A stretch of DNA of 64,000 bases from Octopus vulgaris (Eukaryota), in contig OX597826.1 of the NCBI GenBank assembly GCA_951406725.2, positions 66,402,001 through 66,466,000 on the forward strand. The letters run 5' to 3'. The stretch's first letter is position 1. The number at the start of each line of letters is the position of its first letter. A model generated the notes under the pieces. That model was not told the DNA's origin, searched no databases, and saw only the letters and a program-made list of their open reading frames with translations. Shown here in pieces: positions 11,520 through 23,895 of this stretch. The position numbers were made by a program, and so were the translations under genes.

Positions 11520-12130
11520 TCTATTTGGTCATTTTTTCTATAATAGGCACAAGGCCTGAAATTTTATGGACAGGGTCTAGTCGATTATATCGACTCCAGC
11601 ACCCCACTGGTACTCGTTTTAACCACCTTGAAAGGATGAAAGGCAAAGTCGATCTCTGTAGAATTTCAATTCAGAACGTATACACGCACGAAATGCCGCA
11701 AAGCATTTTGCCCGGCGTGATAACAATTCTGCCAGCTCGCTGTTTGTTTAAATACTGACATCAAATTCTTGTACAAGGCCAGCAATTTCGGGAGAGGGAT
11801 TAAATCGATTAAATCGACCCCAGTGTTCAGGGAGCTCGAAAGGTTGAAAGGCAAAGTCGAGGTCGGCGGATTTTGGACTCAGAACGTGTTGTCCGGGGTG
11901 CTAACGATTCTGTCGCCTTTTATGTATTGCTTTAAAATTTTGGCTCAAAGGCAGCAATTTTGGGGTTAAAGGGCTTATCGACCCCAGTACTCAACATGTA
12001 CTTATTTCATTGACCCCAGAAGGACGAAAGGCAAAATCGACCTCAGCTGAATTTGGACTCAGAACGTGAAGACGGACAAAATGCCACTAAGCATTTTGTC
12101 CGGCGTGCTAACGATTCTGCCAGCTTACCA
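11520..12130 (-). mobile_element. Three decayed SINE B copies
   Basis: Repeated gaaagg..gaaaggcaaa.tcga core and ctaacgattctgccagc head end. Confidence 0.8.
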
Positions 12131-12539
12131 CCCTTCTTGTGTTTGATACATACACCATCGTCGAAGGAATTTTCCTTTAGGCTATTCCTTGCTCCATTGT
12201 CTAAGGTTGTGGATCAGTTCTGTCCGTTTTCTTCTCCCAGCTTCAATGAGAGTTACTCATCGAATTCTGCTCATCTTTTGGATATGGTACTCGACACTGA
12301 GGACAATGGCTGTGTGGTCATTGCGGTTTTGGTACTTAACTGCTCTAGCCCTGCCCAGTCTCAAGAACAATTTATGATACACCCTACAGGCATCAATTTT
12401 TCTTTTCAGTGTTATTTGTAGTAGTATTGTTGTGTGCCATATGTCAATGCCCTAAGTTTGGGTACGGCTATTTTCAATAAAAAGTCTCAATAAAGAAGAA
12501 AAATTGGCAAAACCTCCTATATTATACAATGTAGCATGT

Positions 12540-12695
12540 TCACACCACACATACGTATATATATAAATATATATACATACACATATACATACACATATAC
12601 TTACATATATACATACAGATACACACACACACACACACACATATATACATATGTGCATTCATATATACAGACATATAAACACACACACACACACC

Positions 12696-12758
<63 letters not shown>

Positions 12759-12897
12759 ACACGTATACACACATATAAGCATATACATACAGATATACAT
12801 ATATGCATACTCATATACACGCACATAGAAGCATGTGCATACACATATGCACACATATATACATACACATTCTCACACATATGCAAGCATATATACA
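12540..12897. repeat. (CA/TA)n compound microsatellite
   Basis: Visible directly. Confidence 0.95.
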
Positions 12898-13345
12898 GCC
12901 CGCAGTAAACAAAACACAAGAGCTACAGAGAAGGTCAGTCATGTGGTTTGTCGACCTGCTAAAAATAGCAGGGCCAATATCCCTGAAATGATACTTGATC
13001 GTCTTAAAAAATAAACAAAAACAAAAAGGACACAGTTCATAATGTAGTTTTGGGCAATATTCTTGAAAAAAAAAGAAAGAATTGGTAATGTTTTGAATGT
13101 TTTTAGTTATAAGTTTGCTTGATCAGGATTGACCCGGAACTAAAAACAGCACAACATACCCCATAGAAAAAAATATGACGAAAAAACAAAAAACAAAAAC
13201 AAGCAAAGGATATATACAAACAGGAAGGTAATAGAAATAGATTCACAAATTTGCAAAACTGGAGAAAAAGTTACAATCATTTACAATCATTTCGGGTTAA
13301 ACAAGTCCTAATCAGGAATTGGGAACTGTATAATTTGAATCATTG

Positions 13346-13672
13346 AAGGCTCGTGGCTTAGTGGTAAGAGACATTCGGTTCACGATTGTAAAGTCATGAG
13401 TTTACAATCATGAGTTTACGGCGCGTTGTGTTCTTGAGCAAGACTCCTTATTTCACGCTGCTTCAGTCCACTCAGCTGGCAAAAATGAGTTGTACCTGTA
13501 ATTAAAAGGGCCAGCCTTGTCACACTCTGTGTCGCGCTGAATCTCCCTTATAACTACGTTAAGGGTGCACGTGTCTGTGGAGTGTTCAGTCACTTGCACG
13601 TTAATTTCACGAGCTCGCTGTTCCGTTGATCGGATCAACTAGAATGTTCGTCATCGTAACCGACGGAGTACC
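13346..13672 (+). mobile_element. SINE, E-type head with type 3 tail
   Basis: gaaggctcgtggcttagtggt head, gtgttcttgagcaag..ttcacg..cactcagctg body, and a tail of the same kind as 25640-25822. Confidence 0.85.
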
Positions 13673-14141
13673 AGTTAATTTAAACCACAAAGAAATCCAT
13701 TTGTATTTCATTCATAAATTGTTAACCATTAATAAAAACAGTAAAACCATCATACTTTTCAGAGATAAACATACGTAGACTGTTGCGAAGTAGAGTGGAT
13801 TGGATTTGGGATATCAATGCGGAAAATAAAAAACAGCTGAAAGTCGAGAAATTCACAACAATTGGGCGTTTTAAACAATATTTATTGCTTCAGTAATAAA
13901 TATTGTAAGATAATGACGGTTTTTACAAAAAGGGTCTTTGAAAGGAGCAGAAACGGGTATATTCTGACATTGACAGCCAGTTAGGGTTTCAGGGTCAATT
14001 AGTGAATAGTTTCCAGAATAAATTCTGTCTTTGTTCTTCTAGCAATTGATACTCTTCATTATGCCGTACTCTCTTTTGAATGCATAAGGTTTGTTCTTAC
14101 TGCGAACAAATATATAAGAGGATATATATATATATATATAT

Positions 14142-14208
<67 letters not shown>

Positions 14209-14211
14209 ATA

Positions 14212-14405
14212 CTTTATTAAAAAGCAGCAAAGATATCACAAAATCTGTTACTCAAGAGTTTCACATTCCCGTTTGTCTGACGGTTTTGTTTAGAATGTAA
14301 CAGCTTTTGTGATATTTTTGCTGCTTTTAATAAAGCATATTACTCTACCTTTGGTATTCGAGTACTATTTTTACCACCTTGTTTCGCATTTATGTGCTCA
14401 CTCTG
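14212..14405. mobile_element. Short element between (TA)n tracts with a 39-bp inverted repeat (probable PLE tail remnant)
   Basis: 14212-14251 ctttattaaaaagcagcaaagatatcacaaaatctgttac is nearly the reverse complement of 14297-14335. Confidence 0.6.
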
Positions 14406-14426
14406 GTATATATATATATATATATG

Positions 14427-14474
<48 letters not shown>

Positions 14475-14509
14475 AGAGAGAGAGAGAGAGAGAGAGAGAT
14501 CAATGTTAT

Positions 14510-14800
14510 CTGTGATGAGCCATTATTTAATTCTTTTCCGGACGAGCTTATCTCTGGAGATGCCTAAACCAGGAGTATTTGGCCCATACAGGGGCAGTCA
14601 TATCATAGATGATTTTGGGCAGTCATGCCATAGAATACTCTTGGTCCTTAATGCTAAGGATTACAAGTCCGGTTGATCATATCCATCCCATAGTTCAAAC
14701 GTTGTCGCTCAATCTTACAAGAGGATAACTCACCGACTCACACATTAATGTCCCCAAGAGTACAACAGTGAAGTGGACAAATTGCATCTCAATATAATTA
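14510..14800 (+). pseudogene. Decayed Tc1-like transposase fragment
   Basis: Peptides GRAYLWR, WAVMP..LGP and DHIHPIVQTL; related to 48520-49100. Confidence 0.5.
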
Positions 14801-14890
14801 AACATTTATGATGCCTTTAGAAGCAGCAAGAGAGGAACTACCTTCCCTTCCATCGTCAATGAAAGAGCTAAAACAAGTTTTATTAGCAGA

Positions 14891-15273
14891 CTAGCAGTAT
14901 CGCCCGGCGTTGCTCGGGTTTGTAAGGGAAATAACTATAAAGCATTTTTAGAGAGTTATAGCCAAAAAATAGCCAAAAAATGGAAAAAAAATTATGGTAA
15001 TTTTTTTTTTTTAGTTAAAACGGTCGAGTTGCGTCCCCTAGACAGTCTGTGGTTTGTGTTTCTGATTCTCGACCCCATGTCGAATTTATCGATTTTTTTC
15101 AGAACTGGGGGACTTTTCAAAATTTTCTCTGCGTTAGTTTTGAATTATGACATTGGGCTATATGTGTGTTAAGTTTCATCAGAATCGGTTGAAAGCCGTG
15201 GTCAGGGTGAGGGTACAACCTAACAGACACACAGAAACACACACAGACAAACTGCCGTTTATATATAGAGAGA
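14891..15273 (-). mobile_element. Non-autonomous Helitron
   Basis: Minus strand begins A|TCTCTCTATATATAA and ends with hairpin CCCGAGCAACGCCGGG plus CTAG|T: 5' TC, 3' CTAG, AT target, no TSD. Confidence 0.85.
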
Positions 15274-15364
15274 TTAGCTCAAAATTCCCCTAAATGCTAT
15301 TCAGAACGTCAACGTTTTAGAGTTCTGATGCCAAAGGTGGACTAACACCATATTAAAAAAAACC

Positions 15365-15577
15365 CTTTCTACTCTAGACACAATGACTGAAATTTTAGGG
15401 GAGGATGTCAGTCGATTACATCAACCCCAGAACACGACTGGTACTTAATTTATCGACCTTGAAAGGATGAAATGCAAAGTCGACCTCGCCGGCATTTGAA
15501 CTCAGAACGTAAAGACGGACGAAATGCCGCCATTTCTTTTACCTCGGTGTGTTACCGATTCTGCCAGCTTGCCGCCT
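15365..15577 (-). mobile_element. SINE family B
   Basis: Core and head end (ttctgccagcttgccgcc) present. Confidence 0.85.
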
Positions 15578-15962
15578 TAACTCCATATCAAATAATCCTT
15601 TCTATGTATGTATATATGTATGTTTGTTTGTATGTATGTATGTATGTATGTATGTATGTATGTATGTTTGTATGTATGTATGTATGTGTATATGTACGTA
15701 TGTACGTACGTATATGTGTGTATATACATACATATATATATACATACACACATATATATATGTTTAGACATTTTTTTTACTTATACGCGTGGGCACAAAC
15801 ACACACGCGCACGCATGCATGCCACCCGTGACTAATTTCTGAGAATATTATCTCGGTATGCGACTTGTGTAACGTTTGCAGGATTGTCTGCGAGGAAAAG
15901 TTCCGTGATCAGTACATGTATTAAACACGTGAAACATTCTCCCCATGGGATTAAACATAACC

Positions 15963-16608
15963 AAATACACCGCCAAAAACAAGTATAAATACCTTCAAAC
16001 AACAGCTATAAATACATTGAATGGAATTTCCAATCCTGAGATATTACGAAAACATTGCTTCGAGAAATTGCTATCTATGTATCATACTAAATGCATATAC
16101 GCTATTGATATGCTGGTTAGTGAGGTATTTATTCTGCGATAATATCTCTTATGGACGTGCTGTGTTAAAAGAACGCAATAAATATCGGAAGGAGATGGAA
16201 GTTCGTTCCAGCAGCAGTTAGTGAGAACACTAGGAGCATTTCGGTCTCATTTGGCCTCTTCAATGGCGCATATTCGTAGCCAACCACATGCACAGAGGAA
16301 AAGTGAAAAATTCTTGTCCGTGTCTGTGACCGTTCGCGAGATCAAAACTAACTTGAGGTAAAGCAACAATCGACTCTAGTAAGCAGACACCAAGAAATTA
16401 AGGGTAAAACATGATCTTAGACAGCATGATAATCAGTCAATCACCAGCAGAAAGACCACTCCACCCACAGCTGTTCCCCCACATGTGGGGGAAATACACC
16501 GCCAAAAGCAAGTACAAATACTTTCAAACAACAGCTATAAATACATTGAATGGAATTTCCAATCCTGAGATATTACTAAAACATTTCTTTGAGAAATTGC
16601 TATCTATG
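15963..16608. repeat. About 115-bp direct repeat pair (15963-16078, 16492-16608)
   Basis: aaatacaccgccaaaa.caagta.aaatac.ttcaaacaacagctataaatacattgaatggaatttccaatcctgagatattac.. occurs twice with few substitutions. Confidence 0.85.
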
Positions 16609-16971
16609 GGCATCTCTTGCTAAATATGCACTGAATTCATGAATAAAGACCTCAAAAACATTCTCGTCTTCTTGAATATAAAATTGCTGAACGTATCAAG
16701 AAAACTTTATCACATTCCTTCAAAATGAACAGCGCATATATATCAGCTAATAAGATTTCGCTATTGCTGCAGATTTCTTTCTCAGTGAATGCACATCCTT
16801 AACATAAGAAAGAGCACACCAAAAAGACTGGCTTTATTCGTTAGAAGTAGGAAATACTCCATCCTACAGCTATGACTAAACCTTTGTAAAGCCTGTACGA
16901 GAGCACAGTGGCACACTACTGCAATATCCGGGACGATACTTCAACTACAAAAGTGTACATATATCTACACA

Positions 16972-17045
<74 letters not shown>

Positions 17046-17095
17046 TGCACACACAGACACACACACACACACAGACACACACACACACAGAGCTC

Positions 17096-17128
<33 letters not shown>

Positions 17129-17671
17129 CAGCCAAACTCAAACCGCTAAATAATTGTAATTCTGAAATAGAAAGAGAAATAAAAAAACGTTTACCCCTTT
17201 CATCTCTGGACTATGCATAGTTTCGGCAAACTTAGGCAAATAAATAAATAATTAAATTAAATTAAATTCATTTACATCTGGCGTGCCTCGTCAGCAGAGA
17301 GCCTAGGACGAGTATATGTCCACGAGGCGATGGTAAAGAAGCCTCCAGTCCATATGCTCTAAATTTTCAAAATTCTACCGCAATCGCGCGGTCTTCTCAG
17401 CAGCAAATATAAACTGCTGATTTAATTTCAAAATTAGCCAAAAAATCATTAATTAATAAATATAAGGGTATTTTTATTTCTCTTTCTATTTCAGAATTAC
17501 AATTATTTAGCGGTTTGAGTTTGGCTGCTCTTTCTAGTGAGTCGAATGTCCTATATGGCCATTCCTTATATTGTTGAATGTATATTATATAGTCTTTGAC
17601 TATTTTTTCTTTCTCACTAGACCGCTGGTAGCGGAGAATTTTTCTGGAATTTTTTGCTACCCATATATTTA

Positions 17672-17673
<2 letters not shown>
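17129..17673 (-). mobile_element. Non-coding hammerhead element with inverted tail, between (TA)n tracts
   Basis: Homologous to 60571-60952; HHR at 17203-17300; perfect ~57-bp inverted repeat 17129-17185 / 17471-17527. Confidence 0.85.
17203..17300 (-). ncRNA. Type I hammerhead ribozyme, canonical core
   Basis: TCTCTG-CTGACGA-GGCA(~55 nt AU-rich)TGCC-GAAA-CTATGCATAG-TC-CAGAGA: all three stems form and the site is GUC. Confidence 0.9.
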
Positions 17674-17728
<55 letters not shown>

Positions 17729-17765
17729 TCAAAAATTGTGAAGCATGACTGTCACCACTACTACA

Positions 17766-17810
17766 TGAACCTGAAGATTGCAGAATTTAATGCATGAAAG
17801 TACTAGTTCA
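17766..17810 (+). ncRNA. Minimal type I hammerhead ribozyme
   Basis: TGAAC-CTGAAGA-tTGCA(8 nt)TGCAt-GAAA-GTAC-TA-GTTCA: 5-bp stem I, palindromic AGTACT stem III, CUA site. Confidence 0.8.
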
Positions 17811-17972
17811 ATCAGAATGAACATTTAACATTCTATTATTTTATTTTATTTTATTTTATTATATTATCTTATATTATATCATTATAAGATTGTAAATAAA
17901 ACGCGAAAATCAGACACGGTTGGAATTCCTTTTACTAATATATTCTTCTATACACAATCACACACACCCGTA

Positions 17973-18378
17973 TACTCTTTTACTTGTTTCAGACATGTGA
18001 CTGCGGCCATGCTGGAGCACCGCCTTTAATCGAGCAACTCGACTCCGGAACTTATTCTTTTGTAAGCCCAGTACTTATTCTATCGGTCTGTTTTGCCGAA
18101 CCGCTAAGTGACAGGGACATAAACACACCAGCATCGGTTGTCAACCAATGCTAGAGGGACAAACACAGACACACAAACACACACACGCATACATATATAT
18201 ATATATACATATATACGACGGGCTTCTTTCAGTTTCCGTCTACCAAATCCACTCACAAGGCTTTGGTCGGCCCGAGGCTATAGTAGAAGACACTTGCCCA
18301 AGGTGCCACGCAATGGGACTGAACCCGGAACCACGTGGTTGGTAGACAGGCTACTTACCACACAGCCACTCCTGCGCC

Positions 18379-18379
<1 letters not shown>
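17973..18379 (-). mobile_element. SINE family A, full length
   Basis: Reverse complement of 57975-58395. Confidence 0.92.
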
Positions 18380-18430
<51 letters not shown>

Positions 18431-18580
18431 GGGAGAATTCACAGAAAACAAAAGACAAAGACAGGTGGTGTAGACAACAAACAGATGCATTAGTAATCTG
18501 CTCGGGAAGTGAAAAAGTCTTTAATGTTTCGAGCCTACGCTCTTCCACAGAAAGGAACACAGAAAGAAACAAGGAGACGA
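18431..18580 (-). mobile_element. Short repeat with variant hammerhead-like motif (18519-18554)
   Basis: Homologous to 22878-23110 (-) and 40290-40478 (+). Motif CTTT-CTGTGGA-A-GAGC-GTAG-GCTC-GAAAC-AT-T-AAAG. Confidence 0.75.
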
Positions 18581-18605
18581 AAAGTTCAAAAGGTTCAAAA
18601 GCTTC

Positions 18606-18852
18606 ATCACCAAGCTAACATGGCAGTTCAGAAAAATAGGATGAATGCTGCCGTTGATTAGCTCGAAGAGGCCATCGCCTCTAGCTAGCTACGTGACACA
18701 CGAACCTGTGTCCATTATAACCTTCGAACAGGGGATGTTATAATGGATACAGGTTCGTGTGTCACATAGATAGCTAGAGGCGATGGACTCTTGGAGCTAA
18801 TCAACGGCAGCATTCGTCCTAATTTTCTGGACTGCCATGTTAGCTTGGCGAT
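18606..18852. repeat. Long foldback palindrome (116-bp arms, 15-nt spacer)
   Basis: 18606-18721 versus the reverse complement of 18737-18852; I count 9 mismatches. Confidence 0.92.
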
Positions 18853-18897
18853 AACTATTAATATCCAGTACCGCTGCCGTAGAGACTTAGAAATATT

Positions 18898-18903
<6 letters not shown>

Positions 18904-18995
<92 letters not shown>

Positions 18996-19054
18996 GTATA
19001 CGTACATATCAAGTGGGTTTTGCAAACGGAGAAATAGAATTCTACATAAATGAG

Positions 19055-19088
<34 letters not shown>

Positions 19089-19373
19089 TGTATGTATGTA
19101 TGTATGTATGTATGTATGTAGATACATACACGCACTCAAACATCCGTATACACACGTACATTCTTTATTAGCGGTGAAACTGCGTGAGGGACATTAAGGG
19201 GACAAATCAAATTGTTGGTGGCAAAACAACACAGACAGGATTTTAAAAAAAGAGTAAGACCGTATCAATCTATAAATAGCAGAATATTCCACATTCCATT
19301 GATTAATATATTCACACATTTACATATATTTACATATTCAATATATATTAAAATATAATTGTATAAGAGGCAG

Positions 19374-19411
<38 letters not shown>

Positions 19412-19734
19412 TCTCGTTCGCTCTGTCTGTTTGTCTGTCTGTCTGTCTCGGCCCCTCTATCTCCGTCTCTCTCTCTCTCTCTCTCTAACACACACATACG
19501 TACACGAGTATATATATATATATATATATATACATTATATATATGCATGTATATATATATATATATATATGTATGTGTATATATATATATATATATACAT
19601 ATGTATACTCATATATGTGCATGTGTGTGTGTGTGTGTGTATGTAAATACATGCATGCGTTTATGCTTGCGTACGTAAACTGAATTTCACTTTTACATAA
19701 AACACACACACACACACATACACAGATAGGAAGG

Positions 19735-19765
<31 letters not shown>

Positions 19766-19860
19766 ATAAATATAAATATACATACATACATACATACCTA
19801 CCTACATACATACATACATACATATATATATATACATATACATACGTGCACATACATGCA
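18904..19860. repeat. Compound (CT)n/(TA)n/(TATG)n/(TG)n microsatellites
   Basis: Visible directly. Confidence 0.9.
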
Positions 19861-20065
19861 TAAACATTTGCTTTTTGAGATGTGAGGAAAAAATACTTAC
19901 TACACCTATTAGGGCTTATATAGTCATTAAAATTAAAGATATCCTGCTGTTATTGAGATTTTGGCGTCGTAACAGTATAATTTTACAGCTTTTAAAGCAC
20001 ATACGTATGTAGACCCTATACTTTCACAATTTCACTCAATGAAAGAAACAAATAAAAGAATATAT

Positions 20066-20108
<43 letters not shown>

Positions 20109-20299
20109 ATCCACAAGTTGTGGATGCAACTCTTGTGGATATATTTCTTCAGAGAAGTGTCTGAACAGAGCAATCAAAGTCAATCTATGATGGACGACCG
20201 ATATATACAGACACATATGCACACATACATATGTGCATGTATATTTAAATTTAACCCATTAGAACTAATGAAGGTTGCAAGACTGAGTTTCAAGCAACA

Positions 20300-21530
20300 C
20301 AAATTTTGTCTGCTAGTGGAAGTTTGAAAACGTAGTCGAAGTGCAAATAGAATTTAGGAGGGAGTTTCAAACACACCCACCTACGCGACTTATCACCAGT
20401 CGAATTAGAGATAAGTTTAAAACAGATGGAACTGCTTAGAATGTCCCTAAGTACTATTCCTCAAAAACCGCGGTCATCGATAAGCCCCACAAAGCAAGGA
20501 AAGTTACTGTGAGCATATTGCCAGAGTTCAAGAAAATCTGTGCAGCAAGCGAGTTATGAAATAGGAATTTCAAAGTCCATCAAATTTTGAAGCGCTTGCT
20601 TACATTCCAAGAATATTACGGAGTGAGGAGCGCTAAGGAGTGATAAGTAAAATTCCAATGTTATTATCAGTCCGGTGATGATGTTCCTCCGTAAAATGCA
20701 GATTCTCAGGTCGCCGGTAGGTGCAAATTGTGGCCGTCAATTAAACCAATTTATTTAAATGCAGCTCATCACTGCAAACAAATTTTGTTAGGAACAAACT
20801 ACACACTGCGTTTTGTCACGGAGAATATATCTACACACCATTTGTCAACAGGCAAGATATATTCTCTGTGACAAAACGCAGTGAGAAGCTTGTTTCCTAG
20901 TTCGAACGTGCATCAAGCATATTCGGATTAATAAGAAAATTGCTATTCCAAGAAAGTTCACGCTCTCAATGAAGATGAAATGGATTGAAGAGTGAAGTTC
21001 TGCAAGTGGTTTTGGAGAGATGTGTAAATGCATACTTCCCAACAAAATTTGTTTGCACTGATGAGGCTGCATTTAAATTAATTGGCTTAATTAACGGCCA
21101 CAATTTGCACCTACTGGCGACCTGAGAATCCGCATATTACAGAGGAACATCATGTTAATTTACCAGGAGTTACAGTATGGTGCGGCTTAATAGATTAAAG
21201 GATTAAATAGATTATTCTTTGTCGATGGTTGTACACCTGGTCTCATTTACTTGAACTCCTTTGCGACAATCTGTATTCAATCAGTATTCAAGATGACTGA
21301 AGATATGAAGTTTTATTTCCAGCAAGCTGGGGCACGCTCACTCTACCATAGTAATATAAAGGACTACTTTGAAATTTTGCCAAATCTGTGGTTTGGATGC
21401 AGTAATTTGGTAGTGTTTCCTCCCGCGATCATCAGACCACAAACAGCTACACTTTTTATGGGGATACTTAAAAAGTAAAATTTCATGGTATACATCAGCT
21501 GATGAGCTGAGAACAGCTTTTAGATGAGAT
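20300..21530 (+). pseudogene. Decayed Tc1/mariner-superfamily (DUF4817-type) transposase
   Basis: Peptides [87 protein letters not shown], with many stops and frameshifts. Confidence 0.8.
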
Positions 21531-21897
21531 TCTTTTCTACTCTAGGCACCAGGCCCGCAATTTCTGGGGAGTGGGGGCAGTCGATTACATCGACCTCGAA
21601 AGGATGAAAGGCAAAGCCGACCTCGGCGGAATTTGAACTCAGAACGTAAGGACGGACGAAATACCTATTTCTTTATTGCCCACAAGGGGCTAAACATAGA
21701 GGGGACAAACAAGGACAGACAAACGGATTAAGTCGATTACATCGACTCCAGTGCGTAACTGGCACTTATTTAATCGACCCCGAAAGGATGAAAGGCAAAG
21801 TCGACCTCGGCGGAATTTGAACTCAGAACGTAACGGCAGACGAAATACTGCTACGCATTTCGCCCGGCGTGCTAACGTTTCTGCCAGCTCGCCGCCT
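21530..21897 (-). mobile_element. SINE family B dimer
   Basis: Complete head at 21897 and a second headless unit joined at gaaata-gg-tatttc. Confidence 0.9.
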
Positions 21898-22098
21898 ACT
21901 TTAAATGAGATTGCGCACAAAATAGCGGATGAAATGCAGCGAAATGTTTCTTGGCGCTTGCAATCCCATTGGTTCATATTATTAGTAGTGCTTGGATCAG
22001 AATGGTCTTCAATTTGAAAACAGGCGTTCATAGAAACATTAAAACATTCTTCTCTGGAGACTCTATGAAATTTCGTAAGTGAACTGTATTTTAATAAA

Positions 22099-22590
<492 letters not shown>

Positions 22591-22664
22591 ACATTGAAAG
22601 TGTTTACACTTTTCAGGACGTCCTCTGTGTGTGCGTATGTGCGTGTGTATGTGTATGTGTTGTT

Positions 22665-22707
<43 letters not shown>

Positions 22708-22815
22708 ATCACGTGACCGACCAGACCATCAGATGTTGTTAGACATCGCTGGTCACAATGCGTTCGCATTGTTTTAGCCTTCGAATGACGCCACCCCGCT
22801 GGCTAAGCGAGCAGG

Positions 22816-22877
<62 letters not shown>

Positions 22878-22878
<1 letters not shown>

Positions 22879-23110
22879 CGGGAAGCTTTATGAAAATAGA
22901 CAAAAGACGAAGGCAGGTGGAAAACAAACAAACAATTGTATTAGTATGGCGCTCAGGAAATATAAATAAAACAAGTCATTAACGTTTCGAGCCTACGCTC
23001 TTCAACAGAAAGATACAGAGAGAGAGAAAAAAAAACACAGAAAGAAGGAGAGAAAAAAAATGCGTGCAGTAACTAACGAATCAACATGGCGATCTGATTT
23101 CGGCCAGAAG
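22878..23110 (-). mobile_element. Short repeat with variant hammerhead-like motif (22977-23013)
   Basis: CTTT-CTGTTGA-A-GAGC-GTAG-GCTC-GAAAC-GT-T-AATG; abuts (TA)n. Confidence 0.75.
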
Positions 23111-23180
23111 TCAAAGATCAAACATGAGACGCGAGAGCGAAATTAGGGGAGATAATAGGGTTGAGTGACCAGCTCCAACA

Positions 23181-23557
23181 TAAGGGTGTGTGTGTGTGTG
23201 TATGAGAGAGTATTAGTGCGTATGAGAGGTCTGGACGTGTGTATGTATAGGGTTGGTGTATGTATTAGTATGTATTAGTATGTATAAGGGTGTGTGTGTG
23301 TGTGTATGAGAGAGTATTAGTGCGTATGAGAGGTTTGGACGTGTGTATGTATAGGGTTGGTGTATGTATTAGTATGTATTAGTATGTATTAGTACGTATT
23401 AGTATGTATAAGGGTGTGTGTATGAGAGAGTATTAGTGCGTATGAGAGGTCTGGACGTGTGTATGTATAGGGTTGGTATATGTATTAGTATGTATTAGTA
23501 TGTATTAGTATGTATTAGTATGTATTAGTATGTATTAGTTGGTGTATGTATTAGTAT
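23181..23557. repeat. Higher-order tandem repeat, three units of about 105-150 bp with nested (GTATTAGTAT)n
   Basis: taagggtgtg..tatgagagagtattagtgcgtatgagaggt.tggacgtgtgtatgtatagggttgg occurs three times. Confidence 0.9.
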
Positions 23558-23599
23558 GGCACATCATATATGATGTGATGTGTAAAGTCGTGTGGTGTA

Positions 23600-23895
23600 G
23601 TGTGGAGAGAGGAGAAGAGGGGGAGGAGAGGAGGGGGAGAGAGGGGGAGAGAGAGGAGGGGCAGAAGGAAGGGGAGGAGGAGGGGAGGAGGAAGGAGGAA
23701 AGAGGGAGAGGGGGAGAGAGAAGGGGAGTGAGGGAGCAGAGGGAAGGGGAAGAGGGAAGGAGGGAGGGAGAAAGAGGGAAGAAGGGAAGGGGAGTAGGGG
23801 TGAAAGGATGAAGGACTGAAGAAGTAGGGGTCGGGGGGAAGGTAGGTGAGGAGGGGGAGAGGGGGGGGTTAGATGAGGAGGGGGGAGAGTTGAGA
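23600..23895. repeat. Polypurine (G/A) low-complexity tract
   Basis: Visible directly. Confidence 0.9.

Noticed and set aside
12140-12410. Unique-looking segment, possible exon or LINE fragment
   Set aside because: No recognisable protein on the plus strand, stops in all minus frames, and only a vague RTE-like resemblance.
14043-14088. Possible 46-nt exon (polypyrimidine-AG ... AG/GTTTGT; IDTLHYAVLSFECI)
   Set aside because: Splice signals are plausible, but there is no recognisable homology or partner exon; RNA-seq is needed.
21058-21070. CTGATGA resembling a hammerhead core
   Set aside because: It encodes TDE of the transposase; no stem II or GAAA. The same applies to CTGATGA at 31742 in the mariner remnant.
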